Shown here: positions 19,242-30,340 of the stretch, one piece after another | Layout: each line of letters opens with the position of its first letter | How positions within the stretch are numbered: the stretch's first letter is position 1 | Origin: a bacterium | GTDB taxonomy: Bacteria > Myxococcota_A > UBA9160 > UBA6930 | Reading direction: 5' to 3' | Assembly (NCBI GenBank): GCA_024228115.1 | Contig: JAAETT010000234.1 | Coordinates: 26,220-90,219, forward strand | DNA: 64,000 nucleotides | Translations under genes and position numbers: made by a program | Notes under the pieces: model-generated | Told to the model about the DNA's origin: nothing | Databases searched by the model: none | The model's input: the letters and a program-made list of their open reading frames with translations, nothing else

Positions 19242-19834
19242 GCATCCTCCGGGTAGAGGATCTCGTCCACGACCTCGGCAATCGTGTGAAGGATGGCGAT
19301 GTGGGATTCCTGCACGCGCTGGGTGTCGTTGGAAGGCACGACCAGTGGCAGATCTACCCGCCCAACGAGCTTGCCACCTCCCTTTCCGAGCAAGCCGATC
19401 GTCTGCATTCCGCGGCGAGCCGCCTCTTCGACCGCCGCCAGGACGTTCGGTGAATTGCCCGAAGTCGAAATCGCGACGACGATATCCCCCGCCACGCCGT
19501 GGGCTTCGATCAGCCGGGCGAACAAACGATCGAAACCGTAGTCGTTTCCGATCGCCGTCAGATCCGAAGAGTTGGCGGTCAGCGCGAGCGCCGGCAGCGC
19601 AGGGCGCTCCCGGTTGAGCCGGCCCGTCCATTCCGTTGCAATGTGCTGAGCGTCGGACGCCGAGCCACCATTGCCAATCAGGAGGACCTTCCCGCCGGAG
19701 CGGAAGACGTCCGCCACCCAGGCACCGGCACGGGCGATCTCCTCGGAAAGGTCCGCGGCCACGCCGCGCTTGACGCGGGCGCTCTCCTCCAGGCTGTCGC
19801 GTACCCGAGCGACGGGATCGAAAGAAGAACCCAC
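19238..19834 (-). CDS. gmhA: D-sedoheptulose-7-phosphate isomerase (SIS domain)
   Basis: KVLLIGNGGSASDAQHIATE and VAISTSGNSPNVL motifs. Start trimmed to GTG 19834, with AAGGA 9 nt upstream. Confidence 0.8.
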   Translation of the reverse strand: MGSSFDPVARVRDSLEESARVKRGVAADLSEEIARAGAWVADVFRSGGKVLLIGNGGSASDAQHIATEWTGRLNRERPALPALALTANSSDLTAIGNDYGFDRLFARLIEAHGVAGDIVVAISTSGNSPNVLAAVEEAARRGMQTIGLLGKGGGKLVGRVDLPLVVPSNDTQRVQESHIAILHTIAEVVDEILYPEDA

Positions 19835-20047
19835 GGGCAGAGATCCTTTCGCAACGATGACGGCCCGCAGCGGGGCGATTGCACCAAGCCCAACCAAGCC
19901 TGACCAGGGAGAACCGAGGGGGAACAGGAGAAACCGAAGAAAACCCTGCAATATCAAGTAGATCGGGCGTTTCGAACATACCGGGCCAGTTTCGGGGCGT
20001 CAATTCTCCCAGCCGGGTGCACCAGACCCCACTGCTATGCTGCCGGG

Positions 20048-20449
20048 GTGATCCGCGCGCTTCCACTGCTGCTGACGATCGCCTTGTTCGCCATCCCCGC
20101 CTGCCGGGACGGCTTTGGCAGCCTGCTCGAGCGAAGCGGCGAAGCGCCCATTCGAGAGATTTCTGCCGACGAGGCTGCGGCCCTGATGGAGGAAGGAGAG
20201 GTCACCATCGTCCATCCCCTACCCCGCGGCCTCAGGGCCCCATCCCTTCGAAACGCTGTTTAGCTAGACACAGACGATCCGTTCCCGGACGCCTGGCTGG
20301 ACCCAGCCCATCCAATCGTGGTAATCGGAGAACCCGACGCGGCCATGGCGCTCGCCGCCCGCCTCGCCCGCGCTGGAGCGGGTTCCCTGGCGGTGGTCAC
20401 CGGCGAGCTCGACTCCCTCTCGGAGCGGCGCTCCGCCCAGCACCGGTGA
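20048..20449 (+). pseudogene. rhodanese-like lipoprotein interrupted by an in-frame TAG at 20261..20263
   Basis: Signal/lipobox MIRALPLLLTIALFAIPAC, then ISADEAAALMEEGEVTIVHPLPRGLRAPSLRNAV. After the TAG the same frame continues LDTDDPFPDAWLDPAHPIVVIGEPDAAMALAARLARAGAGSLAVVTGEL to TGA 20447..20449. No active-site Cys in the loop position. Confidence 0.5.
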
Positions 20450-20523
20450 CCGGGATTTGACGTCGGGCTTGCGGTGGTAAGCTTCGCGGGGGCGCTCAAG
20501 ACGACAGGGAGTACAAGCTGCGT

Positions 20524-20847
20524 ATGGCCGAGATCATCGACGTCACGGATGACAACTTCGAGCAGGAGGTCCTCCAATCGGACACTCCGATCATCATCGA
20601 CTTCTGGGCCGAATGGTGCGCCCCGTGTCGAGCCATCGCGCCGATCGTCAAGGAGTTGGCCGGCACCTACGACGGCAAGGTCAAGATCGTCAAGATGAAC
20701 ATCGACGAGAACCCGGCCACTCCGGGAAAATACGGCGTCCGCGCCATCCCCACCGTGCTCGCCTTCAAGGGCGGAACGGTCGTCGAGCAGATCACCGGCG
20801 CCCGGCCCAAGAGCGCCTTCGAAGAAATGGCGCAGAAGCTGGTCTAG
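20524..20847 (+). CDS. trxA: thioredoxin
   Basis: 107 aa, FWAEWCAPCR active site and GVRAIPTVLAFKGG. Confidence 0.92.
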   Translation: MAEIIDVTDDNFEQEVLQSDTPIIIDFWAEWCAPCRAIAPIVKELAGTYDGKVKIVKMNIDENPATPGKYGVRAIPTVLAFKGGTVVEQITGARPKSAFEEMAQKLV

Positions 20848-20897
20848 CCTCCTCCACCCTTTTTCCTGAGGTCGCCTTGCTCCTCTTGCTAGGCGTG

Positions 20898-21280
20898 GAG
20901 TCGCCGGGGCCAGGCACAGGCCGGGCGGAATGGCTCGGCCGGGGGGCGGGGGGCCGCGCAGAAAGGTGGACGGGGTGTTGCCTACGCGGCTATCGCCGCG
21001 GGCAACCTACGCGCACGCTGAACGGGACCTATGCCTGCGCTTTATTTCCGCCCGACCTGCGCCTGGCCCCGGCGAGGCGGTCCCGGTTGCCTGCACGGCC
21101 GATCGTGGGGCGGGGGGCGGTCAGCGCGGAAATAAAGCGCAGGCATCTCGGCTATTGGGCGTGTGCAAGTTCGCTAGCGGCGAAGCCGCGTAAGCGAACC
21201 CGTGTCCAGGTCGAAAGCGGCCTACCAAGCCCCGGCCGAGCCATTCCGCGATGGCCGCCCCCCGGCCCGCGATCCGTCTC
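20898..21280. repeat. MITE-like nested inverted-repeat element between the convergent trxA and rodA genes
   Basis: Perfect 20-bp inverted repeat at 20925..20944 / 21230..21249 (GCGGAATGGCTCGGCCGGGG). Perfect 21-bp inner inverted repeat at 21031..21051 / 21126..21146 (ATGCCTGCGCTTTATTTCCGC). The segments between are imperfectly complementary. Its ends are related to the 11782..11824 repeat. No credible ORF inside. Confidence 0.6.
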
Positions 21281-21331
21281 GAGGAGCCAAGCGGCGCCTG
21301 CCGCAGGTTTGGCTGGGAAATGGGGGAGGGG

Positions 21332-22444
21332 TTAGAAGATGTAGCGCCTCATCGAGACGTTCATGAGGAGGCCGATGGCGACGAGGTTGGCCAGCAGTTG
21401 AGAGCCGCCGTAGGAGACCAGGGGGAGCGGGACGCCGATCACCGGGGCCAGGCCCAAAACCATGGCGACGTTGATGACGGCCGGCCAGAAGAGCATTCCG
21501 ACGACTCCGATTGCGAGCATGGCGCCGAAGCTGTCTTTGGAGTTGTTGGCGACGACGAGGCCCCAGATCATCAGCAAGAAATAGACGGCAAGCAGCGTGA
21601 CCGAGCCGAGGAAACCCCATTCCTCGGCGAGCACCGAGAAGGCGAAATCCGAATGCTGAGTCGGGAGGAATTGGAGTTGGGTCTGGGTGCCTTCGAGGTA
21701 TCCCTTGCCAAAGAGCTCGCCGGAACCGACCGCGATCCGCGACTGGATCTGCTGGTAGCCGGAGGCGAGCGGATCTCGGGAGGGATCCAGGAAATCGAGG
21801 ATGCGCTCCTTCTGGTAGTCCTTGAACACGTAGGTCCAAAGGCCAGCGAGTCCTACGACACCGGCGGCACCAAGCGCGGCCCACGCGCGAGCAGGAATGC
21901 GAACGAACAACAGGTAGGTGGCCGCGATCAGCATCGTCAGCACCGCAACCCCCATGTCTCGTTGCAGGACGATCAAGCCCACCGGGCCCGCTGCAATCAT
22001 GGCGGGCCCCCAGAGATCGCGGACGCGACGGATCTCACTCGGCGGGTTGCGGTGGAAGTAACGAGCCATCGCCAGGATCAGGCCCACCTTCGCGAGTTCT
22101 GCCGGCTGGAGGCTGAGCGGGCCATAGATCAGCCACGAGCGGTTCCCCCGCGTGATCGGAGCCAACACCAGAGTGGATGCGACCAACAAGAGCGTGCCCA
22201 CATAGACCGGCACCGCCAGACGTTCGAGACGCCGGTAGTCGAGGACCAGGGCCACCAGCATTCCGATCGTGGCGACGCCCAGGGCAAGCGTCTGCCGGCG
22301 AAATTCCGGCGGCAGGCCTGACTCCACCCCAGGCGAGGATGCCGAGTAGAGATTCGCAAGGCCGATCCCCAGCACGCATGCGACGAGCCCGAGCAACACC
22401 CAGTCGAAGTGCTGCAGGGAACGCCGGTCAATCGCCGGATTCAT
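21332..22444 (-). CDS. rodA: rod shape-determining protein RodA (SEDS family)
   Basis: Start trimmed to ATG 22444 (MNPAIDRRSLQHFDW). FLPTQHSDFAFSVLAEEWGFLG and PLVSYGGSQLLAN motifs. Confidence 0.9.
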   Translation of the reverse strand: MNPAIDRRSLQHFDWVLLGLVACVLGIGLANLYSASSPGVESGLPPEFRRQTLALGVATIGMLVALVLDYRRLERLAVPVYVGTLLLVASTLVLAPITRGNRSWLIYGPLSLQPAELAKVGLILAMARYFHRNPPSEIRRVRDLWGPAMIAAGPVGLIVLQRDMGVAVLTMLIAATYLLFVRIPARAWAALGAAGVVGLAGLWTYVFKDYQKERILDFLDPSRDPLASGYQQIQSRIAVGSGELFGKGYLEGTQTQLQFLPTQHSDFAFSVLAEEWGFLGSVTLLAVYFLLMIWGLVVANNSKDSFGAMLAIGVVGMLFWPAVINVAMVLGLAPVIGVPLPLVSYGGSQLLANLVAIGLLMNVSMRRYIF

Positions 22445-24323
22445 CGTTGCCCCCTTCGGTCGCGGCCACCAACGGCCCACCGTTCTTCTTCTCGAAGTAG
22501 CGGGCCAGGATGCGCTGAGCGATGGGTGCCGCGGCCGTGCTGCCGTGAAGGCCATGCTCGACGAAGACGGCCACGGCGATCTCCGGATCGTCCGCCGGAG
22601 CGAAGGCACCGAACCAGCCGTGATCACGCTGCCGAATCGGGATCTCGTTCTCCTTCAGGCCTTCCACCTGATCGAGACGAACGACCTGTGCCGTCCCCGT
22701 CTTGCCCGCCACCTCGACACCGGGGACACGCGCACGTGCACCGGTTCCATGGGGCTCCTCCACGACAGCGCGTAGACCGCGACGAACCAGGGCGAGCCGG
22801 GCCGGCGTGACGGGCACTTCGCCAGCCTGCTCCGTCGGGAAGCTCTTCACGGTGATTCCATCCTGGGTCTCGAGCCGCAAGACCAGCCGTGGCTTCATCA
22901 CCTTGCCACCATTGGCGAGAGCGGCATAAGCGACGGCGAGCTGCAACGGCGTGTAGAGATTGAAGCCCTGACCGATGCTCGCCGACACGGTCTCGCCCGG
23001 ATACCAGGGCTTCCCGAAACGCCGCCGCTTCCACGCACTGCTCGGTACCAACCCGGGCGCCTCGGATCCCAGGCCGAGGCCCGGTGTGCGGCCGATTCCA
23101 AACGCCTTCGCGTAGTTGGCAAGCCGGTCGATGCCGAGCTTCTCACCGTAGGTGTAGAAGAACACATCGCAGGATTCGCGTAGCGCATCCATGAGATCCA
23201 CCGTGCCGTGCCCGGCGCGCTTCCAACAGCGGTAGACGCGGCCACCGAAACGAAAGAACCCGGGACAGTAGGCCGTCGTACGCGGACCGATCACACCTTC
23301 CTGCAACAAGGCGGCCGCAACGATGGCCTTGTGCGTCGAACCCGGAGGATAGTGATTCTGGAGTGCGCGGTTCTGAAGAGGATCCCAATCATCGGATGTG
23401 AGCCCCTTCCAGGTGGCCGTGTCGATGCCGCCGGCAAAGGAGTTCGGGTCGAAGGCGGGCCGCGACACCATCGCGAGCACGTCACCCGTGTTCACATCGA
23501 GGGCCACGGCGGCACCAATCCGTGCGAGTTCGCCCTCGGGAGCCTCTTCGAAGCCTTCCTCGGCGGCGAGTTGCAGATCCCGATCCAGGCTCAACACCAC
23601 CCGGCCTCCGGGCACCGCCGGCACCTCCAGGAGCGGATCCCCCACCTCTCGGCCAGCGACGTCTACGACGACATTCCGGCCGCCTTCCCGACCGCGGAGA
23701 TGGGCCTCGAAGCGCGCCTCCAAGCCGGTCTGCCCGATCACATCGCCGGAACGGTAGTCCTGGAAGGCCTCACGTTCGAGCTGATCGGCGCGGATCTCTC
23801 CGATCGTCCCCAGGAGATGAGCGGCCAGGGTGCCGGAGAGATAGTGGCGCCGGGGTTCGACGTGGGTGTGAACGCCCGGCATCGCGAACCGATGGGACTC
23901 GACCCGCGCGAGCATCTCGAAATCCAGATCATCCGCCAGCACGCGAGGACGGAAACGCCGGCTCCCCCTGCTCGAGCCCGCCTTTTCGTCCAACTCCGCA
24001 GGGGCCGCTCCGAGCAACTGCCCGAGAGCGGCGAATGTCCGTTCACGAGCAGAAAGATCGTTAGGCGTGACCTCCAGCCGATAGGCCGGACGCGTACTGG
24101 CAAGCACCCTGCCTTCCCTGTCGAGCACTTCTCCCCGCGGTGCCTCCAAACGAACCTGGCGAACCGAGTTCTGCTCGGACCGGCGGCGCAGCTCGTCCCC
24201 CTCCAGGATCTGGAGCTGGAAGAGCCGGACCACGAAAACGAACAGGACCCCAAGGATCAAGGCGGCCGCCAGGTACAGCCTTCCTTCGATCGGCAACTGC
24301 CCCCCCGCCAGTTGGGTGCTCAA
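22428..24323 (-). CDS. mrdA: penicillin-binding protein 2 (elongasome transpeptidase)
   Basis: N-terminal TM anchor, SxxK (PPGSTHKAI) and KTG (AGKTGTAQV). Lies between mreD and rodA. Confidence 0.9.
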   Translation of the reverse strand: MSTQLAGGQLPIEGRLYLAAALILGVLFVFVVRLFQLQILEGDELRRRSEQNSVRQVRLEAPRGEVLDREGRVLASTRPAYRLEVTPNDLSARERTFAALGQLLGAAPAELDEKAGSSRGSRRFRPRVLADDLDFEMLARVESHRFAMPGVHTHVEPRRHYLSGTLAAHLLGTIGEIRADQLEREAFQDYRSGDVIGQTGLEARFEAHLRGREGGRNVVVDVAGREVGDPLLEVPAVPGGRVVLSLDRDLQLAAEEGFEEAPEGELARIGAAVALDVNTGDVLAMVSRPAFDPNSFAGGIDTATWKGLTSDDWDPLQNRALQNHYPPGSTHKAIVAAALLQEGVIGPRTTAYCPGFFRFGGRVYRCWKRAGHGTVDLMDALRESCDVFFYTYGEKLGIDRLANYAKAFGIGRTPGLGLGSEAPGLVPSSAWKRRRFGKPWYPGETVSASIGQGFNLYTPLQLAVAYAALANGGKVMKPRLVLRLETQDGITVKSFPTEQAGEVPVTPARLALVRRGLRAVVEEPHGTGARARVPGVEVAGKTGTAQVVRLDQVEGLKENEIPIRQRDHGWFGAFAPADDPEIAVAVFVEHGLHGSTAAAPIAQRILARYFEKKNGGPLVAATEGGNDESGD

Positions 24324-24336
24324 GACGCAGCTCCGT

Positions 24337-24867
24337 TCACAGGCCAGACCGTCCTGTCTCGAGCCGCATCTCCCGCCGGGCCTGACTCTCGTCCAATCGG
24401 TCTACGAGGCCCTGAGCCAGGCTGCCGACGAAGGGGGCGCAAATCCCGGTCACGGCCGCCCGTACCAGAGCACCCCCGACTTCGGCCCCATGGAAGTGGA
24501 GACCCAGAAAGAACTGACTACCCAGCACGAGCAGGATCGCATCGACCAGGGACATGACGCTGACGAAGATGGCGAGGGGGAAGCCGTGCCGAAGATCGAG
24601 CTGGGCAGCGATCCCACGGGTCGCAACCACCTCCAGGATGCGCAGCATCGCTTGTTGCCCCAGCAGGGTTCCTGAGAGCGCATCGGCGCCGAGCCCGAGC
24701 GCCGCAGCCACCACGAGGGCCTCACCCGGACGCAGCACCAGCCCGGCCGCCACTGCCGCGAGGAGAGACGCCTGGGGGACGAACCGCACGGGCATCCCGG
24801 CAGCCAACGCGCTCTCGACCACCAGGGCCAGCAGCCCGAGCAGGAGCAGCGCCACCGCATTCCTCAC
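24337..24867 (-). CDS. mreD: rod shape-determining protein MreD
   Basis: 176-aa polytopic membrane protein immediately after mreC, with a 4-nt overlap. Confidence 0.75.
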   Translation of the reverse strand: MRNAVALLLLGLLALVVESALAAGMPVRFVPQASLLAAVAAGLVLRPGEALVVAAALGLGADALSGTLLGQQAMLRILEVVATRGIAAQLDLRHGFPLAIFVSVMSLVDAILLVLGSQFFLGLHFHGAEVGGALVRAAVTGICAPFVGSLAQGLVDRLDESQARREMRLETGRSGL

Positions 24868-25841
24868 GGTGCCACCGCGTCCTTCGCGGCCGCCTCTTCT
24901 TCCCCGGCCGGGTCGGCGAGATCCCCGTCTCCAGCAAACAGCAGATCCATCGTGGGCGCGCGGCGCAGCATCACGAAGACCTGCTCCAGATGACCGAAAT
25001 CGACGGCCGGCGTGACCCGTGCCTTGTGCAGGAGTTCGGCGCGATCCGTGCTCACATCGGTCACGCGGCCGACGCGGACGCCCTTCGGATACACGCCGCC
25101 GAAGCCGGACGTGATCACGACGTCACCGGGCAAGACATCGTCACCACGAACCATGAAGACGAACTCGAGCTCGCCGCTCCCGGTGCCACGCACGATGCCT
25201 CGAGCGCGACTGCGCTGAATGATCGCGTCGGCGGCACTGCGCCGATCGAGCAACAACATGGCCCGGCTGGCATGAAGCGAGGTGGCCGTCACCACCCCGA
25301 CGAGCCCGTGCTCCGAAACGATCGGCATGCCCGAGAGCACATCCGCACGGCGGCCGCGATCGACGAGGATCGCGTGAAACCAGGAAGACACATCCTGGCC
25401 TACGACTTGAGCCGGAAGCAGCGGCACCTCGAAGCCTTCCCGCATGCGGGCGATGCCGTCGAGGTGCCCGCTGGCAACGAGTGCTTCGCGAAACTGGAGG
25501 TTCTCTTCCTCGAGCTCCGCAAGGCGGCCCATCAACTCGTCATTCTCGAGGCGCAGATCGACCAGGGCCACGTAGTTCGCCCAGGTCTCTCCCAGCCAAT
25601 CCACCGGGCTTGCCAGCGCCTTCTGCACCGGCGCGGCGATCTCGAAGATCGAGTTGGGAAGATCCGAGCCCGTTGGTTCCAGAGGCGGCGCCGCAGCCGA
25701 GGGCGAGCCGTCGCTCTCAGGGCCCACCGGGGCGGTACCCCGGGCGGGGCTTCCCCGATCCTGCAACATCAGGACGAGGGTCAGGAGCAGCAGCCCCGCG
25801 AAGAGGAGGGGCAGGCGGATGCGGCGCAGAAAATCGCCCAT
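24864..25841 (-). CDS. mreC: rod shape-determining protein MreC
   Basis: N-terminal TM helix, coiled-coil LENDELMGRLAELEEENLQFREAL, and beta-barrel regions (GMPIVSEHGLVGVV, VITSGFGGVYPKGVRVG). Confidence 0.85.
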   Translation of the reverse strand: MGDFLRRIRLPLLFAGLLLLTLVLMLQDRGSPARGTAPVGPESDGSPSAAAPPLEPTGSDLPNSIFEIAAPVQKALASPVDWLGETWANYVALVDLRLENDELMGRLAELEEENLQFREALVASGHLDGIARMREGFEVPLLPAQVVGQDVSSWFHAILVDRGRRADVLSGMPIVSEHGLVGVVTATSLHASRAMLLLDRRSAADAIIQRSRARGIVRGTGSGELEFVFMVRGDDVLPGDVVITSGFGGVYPKGVRVGRVTDVSTDRAELLHKARVTPAVDFGHLEQVFVMLRRAPTMDLLFAGDGDLADPAGEEEAAAKDAVAP

Positions 25842-25863
25842 GGCCTCCCCATGGGCGGGGGCA

Positions 25864-26931
<1,068 letters not shown>

Positions 26932-27181
26932 TCAGATTTCGAACCCGGTTTGGAACAGGGTCCAGATCGTGAGCTTCCAGACCGACAACTCACGGCCTAA
27001 GTCCGCGGTTTGAAAGCGCCTTTCCCTATCCGGGAGGGGCGATGAATCATCCTATCAGCCCCCGGGGAAGGCGGCAAGGACAATCCCGAGCGGGCTCCTG
27101 GGATTGCCCCCCTGCGGAGCCCCTCGTACCTTGCCGGGCTTCACACTCGACGGTCCCGGAACGGGGCCACAAGGGGAAGAG

Positions 27182-28702
27182 ATGCTCCGTGCGCTCCGGG
27201 AGGGATCCCGCTGGTTCATGATCCTGGTGATCGGGGCGATTGCCGTCGTGTTCACGTTGTACCTCGGCGGCGGGGGCAGCGGCGGTCCGGTCGAGGAGGA
27301 CGGCGTCGTCGTGCGCGTCGGCTCCCGCTCATTCGACCTGCGAGAGGTCGATCGGGTGAAGCGCGGGATCGAAGCCAGATACCGCGAGGCCCTGGGCGAT
27401 GGCTATGACCCGAAGGCCGCGGCGCCCTTCCTCGACGAATCCGCCGCCAGCAGCCTCTTGCAGATCGGGCTGTATGCCTTCGAAGCCGAGCAGATGGGCC
27501 TCGTCGTCAGCGATCGGGAGGTACGCAACTACCTCCACAGCTTGCCCGGCGTGTTGGACGAAGAGGGCAAGCTCAATCAGGACCTCGTGCGCAACTATGC
27601 GGAGCGTGAGTTCGGCAGCTTGCTTCGCTTCCAAGAAGCCCTGCGGAGCGAGATCCTTCAGGGCAAGCTCCAGCGCCTGCTCTGGCAATCGGTCGATGTC
27701 TCCGAGGCCGAAGCGCGGGAATCGCTCCGCTACACGGGCGAGCAGGTGAAGATTGCCATGGTGACCCTGGACGGAAGCAAGAGGCCGGAAGGGCTCGAGG
27801 CCTCCGAGGAAGCCGTCCAGGCCTTGCTCGACAACGAGGCGGAGCAACTCCAGGAGGCCTACGAAAAACGTCGTTCCGAGTTCGATCGGCCCGAGGAGGT
27901 GCGCGCCCGCCACATCCTGATCCGCAAGGCCGAGGACGGAGATGAGGCTTCCGGGGCAGCGGCGGACGAGAAGCTCGAAGCCGCCCTTGCGCGGCTCGAG
28001 GGCGGTGAGGCCTTCGCCGACGTGGCTGCCGAACTCTCCGACGACCCGGGCAGCCAGGCCCGCGGCGGAGATCTTGGATTCTTCTCCCGCGGTCGCATGG
28101 TGAAGGAATTCGAAGACGTTGCGTTCAACCTGGAGCCCGGCCAGGTCTCGGATGTGGTCGAGAGCAGCTTCGGGAGGCACATCATCCTGCTCGAGGAGAA
28201 GCGCGCGGCCCAGATCACACCCTTCGAAGAGGCGCGAGAACAGATCGCGCGCGATCTTGCCCTCACCGACGCCTCGACCGCAGCGGCACGGGAAAAGGCC
28301 GAGACCCTGGCCGAACGGGTGCGAGCCGGCGAAGCGCTGGTCGATGCTGCGCGAGAATCAGAGATCGTGATCACCCGCCCCGATCCCTTGCGCCATCGAC
28401 CCGATGGCTTCGTCCCGGGCGTGGGTGCGGAGCCGGAGCTGTTGGGTGCAGCCTTTGCCTTGACCACAGAGTCCCCGTCCGACCCGACCATCCACGAAGT
28501 CGGCGACCGGAATTTCGTACTGATCCAGCTACTGGAACGGACCGGCCCGACCGACGATCAGCTCGAAGCAGGCGCCAACGCGGAGCGTGAGCGCCTGCTC
28601 GGGGAACGCCGCCAGGCGACCACGACCGAGTGGCTGGCCCGGGTCCGCGACGAGCTCCAGGAAGCTGGAGAGCTGGTCTACGACCTCACCCAGCTGGACT
28701 GA
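27182..28702 (+). CDS. periplasmic chaperone / parvulin-type peptidyl-prolyl isomerase (PpiD/SurA-like)
   Basis: Start trimmed to ATG 27182 (MLRALREGSRWFMILVIGAIAVVF, a TM anchor). Parvulin core VRARHILI ... GGDLGFFSRGRMVKEFEDVAF ... SFGRHIILLEE. Confidence 0.75.
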   Translation: MLRALREGSRWFMILVIGAIAVVFTLYLGGGGSGGPVEEDGVVVRVGSRSFDLREVDRVKRGIEARYREALGDGYDPKAAAPFLDESAASSLLQIGLYAFEAEQMGLVVSDREVRNYLHSLPGVLDEEGKLNQDLVRNYAEREFGSLLRFQEALRSEILQGKLQRLLWQSVDVSEAEARESLRYTGEQVKIAMVTLDGSKRPEGLEASEEAVQALLDNEAEQLQEAYEKRRSEFDRPEEVRARHILIRKAEDGDEASGAAADEKLEAALARLEGGEAFADVAAELSDDPGSQARGGDLGFFSRGRMVKEFEDVAFNLEPGQVSDVVESSFGRHIILLEEKRAAQITPFEEAREQIARDLALTDASTAAAREKAETLAERVRAGEALVDAARESEIVITRPDPLRHRPDGFVPGVGAEPELLGAAFALTTESPSDPTIHEVGDRNFVLIQLLERTGPTDDQLEAGANAERERLLGERRQATTTEWLARVRDELQEAGELVYDLTQLD

Positions 28703-28789
28703 CGAGAAGCGGAGAGCGGGCGCCCCCAAACGAAAACGGCCCCCCGGCGCATTCCACGCCCGGAGGGCCGCAAGGCGGTCGGTCGCTGG

Positions 28790-30340
28790 CTAGAGCGTCG
28801 CCTCGAATGCGAACGCTTCCAGGCGGTCGCGGCTATCCGAGTTGCGAAGCTTCGTCAGTGCCCGGGCTTCGAGCTGGCGAACGCGCTCGCGAGAAAGACC
28901 CAGCTTGCCGCCGATCTCCTCGAGCGTGTGCTCGCGCTCGCCCTTCAGGCCGAAACGCCAGCGCAGGATGTTCCGCTCGCGCTCGCAGAGCTGGGCAATC
29001 GACGTATCGCTGGCCCGCTCGAGGCGCGCGTGGTCAAGCCCCGCCACCGGCGAGATCGGGTTCTGATCAGCAACGATGTCCTTGACCTTCTTGGAGTCCG
29101 TGCCGGGCACGTCCTTCTCGAGGCTCACCGGCTCGCGGACCATTCGCTGGAGCTGCTCGGCACGCTCCACCTCGATGTCCATCGTCTTGGCGATCTCACG
29201 GGTCGTCGGATCCCGGCCCAGTTTCTTTTCGAGCGCGTTATACGCCCTGTAGTACTTGAGCAAGGTGTCATGCACATGGCTGGGGATCCGGATCGTCCGA
29301 GAATGATTCTGGATGGCCCGGATCAGTGCCTGGCGGATCCACCACACGGCGTATGTCGAGAACTTGTGCCCGCGGTGGTACTCGAACTTCTCGACGGCCC
29401 GGATGAGGCCGATGTTCCCCTCCTGGATCAGATCCTGGAAGGTGATCCCCATGTTCCGGAAATCCTTCGCGATGGCCACGACGAGCTTCAGGTTGTGCTG
29501 CACGAAGACGCTCTTCACATCCGACAGCCGATCCCACTCGTCTTCAACGCGCCCCATGTGTTCGACGAAGTCGCCGATCTCCATGCCGACCTCGTAGGCC
29601 AGCTCGGAACCGCGCTCGTTCCAGCGCACGAGATCCTGCTTGCGCTTGGCCTTGCCGGCTTCGCTCTGGGGGGGCCGCTTGTTCGAGCTCAGCGCAGCGA
29701 TCCGGCGGTTGCAGCGAGCCGCATCCTTGTACAGCTCGAGCACGCCCTTGCGGATCCGCCCGAGCAGCTGCATGGACAGATCGGCCTCCTTCAGGAGCCG
29801 CGCGGCGGCACGCCGGTCGAACTTGAGCACCTCAGCCGACTTCTCGGCCTCGATTGCGGCCTCGCGCTTGCGTAGCGCGAGCTCGATCTTGCCGAGGATC
29901 TGGTCGATTCGGCCGCCGAGATCGACACCCTCGGGCGAGCCCGAGCCGAAGGACTCGCACATCTTGCCGGTGGCGCGGTTCTCGGCCTTCAGGCCCTGCC
30001 AGATCCGCACCGCTTCCTTGGCGGTCCACGGAATCGTGACCATCCCCTCGCGAAAAGCGAGCGTCGCAGCCTCGATCTCCTTGGCGAGGATCACTTCCTC
30101 TTCCTTCTTCAGGGTCGCGATCTCAGCGATGTCCTTGAAGTAGGAAACGAGGGCACCGCGCTCGCTCGAGCGCTGGCTTTCCTTCTGGGTGTTCAGCCGC
30201 TTCGGATCGACGCGGGTCATCGACTTCGCGCTCTTCACGGCCTGCGCATCGGTCTCCTGACCGAGTTCGTTTTCCGGCGCGATCCGCCGCCAGGTTGCAC
30301 GGCGCTGCGCTTCAATGGAGAGGTCGTTTTCGTTGGTCAT
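28790..30340 (-). CDS. rpoD: RNA polymerase sigma-70 family factor, RpoD/SigA type
   Basis: Region 2 reads [66 protein letters not shown]. Region 4 reads [23 protein letters not shown]. Whether it is the primary sigma cannot be decided here. Confidence 0.8.
   Translation of the reverse strand: MTNENDLSIEAQRRATWRRIAPENELGQETDAQAVKSAKSMTRVDPKRLNTQKESQRSSERGALVSYFKDIAEIATLKKEEEVILAKEIEAATLAFREGMVTIPWTAKEAVRIWQGLKAENRATGKMCESFGSGSPEGVDLGGRIDQILGKIELALRKREAAIEAEKSAEVLKFDRRAAARLLKEADLSMQLLGRIRKGVLELYKDAARCNRRIAALSSNKRPPQSEAGKAKRKQDLVRWNERGSELAYEVGMEIGDFVEHMGRVEDEWDRLSDVKSVFVQHNLKLVVAIAKDFRNMGITFQDLIQEGNIGLIRAVEKFEYHRGHKFSTYAVWWIRQALIRAIQNHSRTIRIPSHVHDTLLKYYRAYNALEKKLGRDPTTREIAKTMDIEVERAEQLQRMVREPVSLEKDVPGTDSKKVKDIVADQNPISPVAGLDHARLERASDTSIAQLCERERNILRWRFGLKGEREHTLEEIGGKLGLSRERVRQLEARALTKLRNSDSRDRLEAFAFEATL

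Noticed and set aside
20261-20263. TAG as pyrrolysine or programmed readthrough codon
   Set aside because: No pyl genes or PYLIS-like context are visible, and other genes in the window use TAG as a normal stop (for example 11779..11781, 34608..34610, 44510..44512). A nonsense mutation or a base error is the simpler explanation.
20524-20847. Thioredoxin active site WCAPC instead of WCGPC
   Set aside because: This is a natural variant of the CxxC motif. It is not evidence of a novel function without biochemical data.
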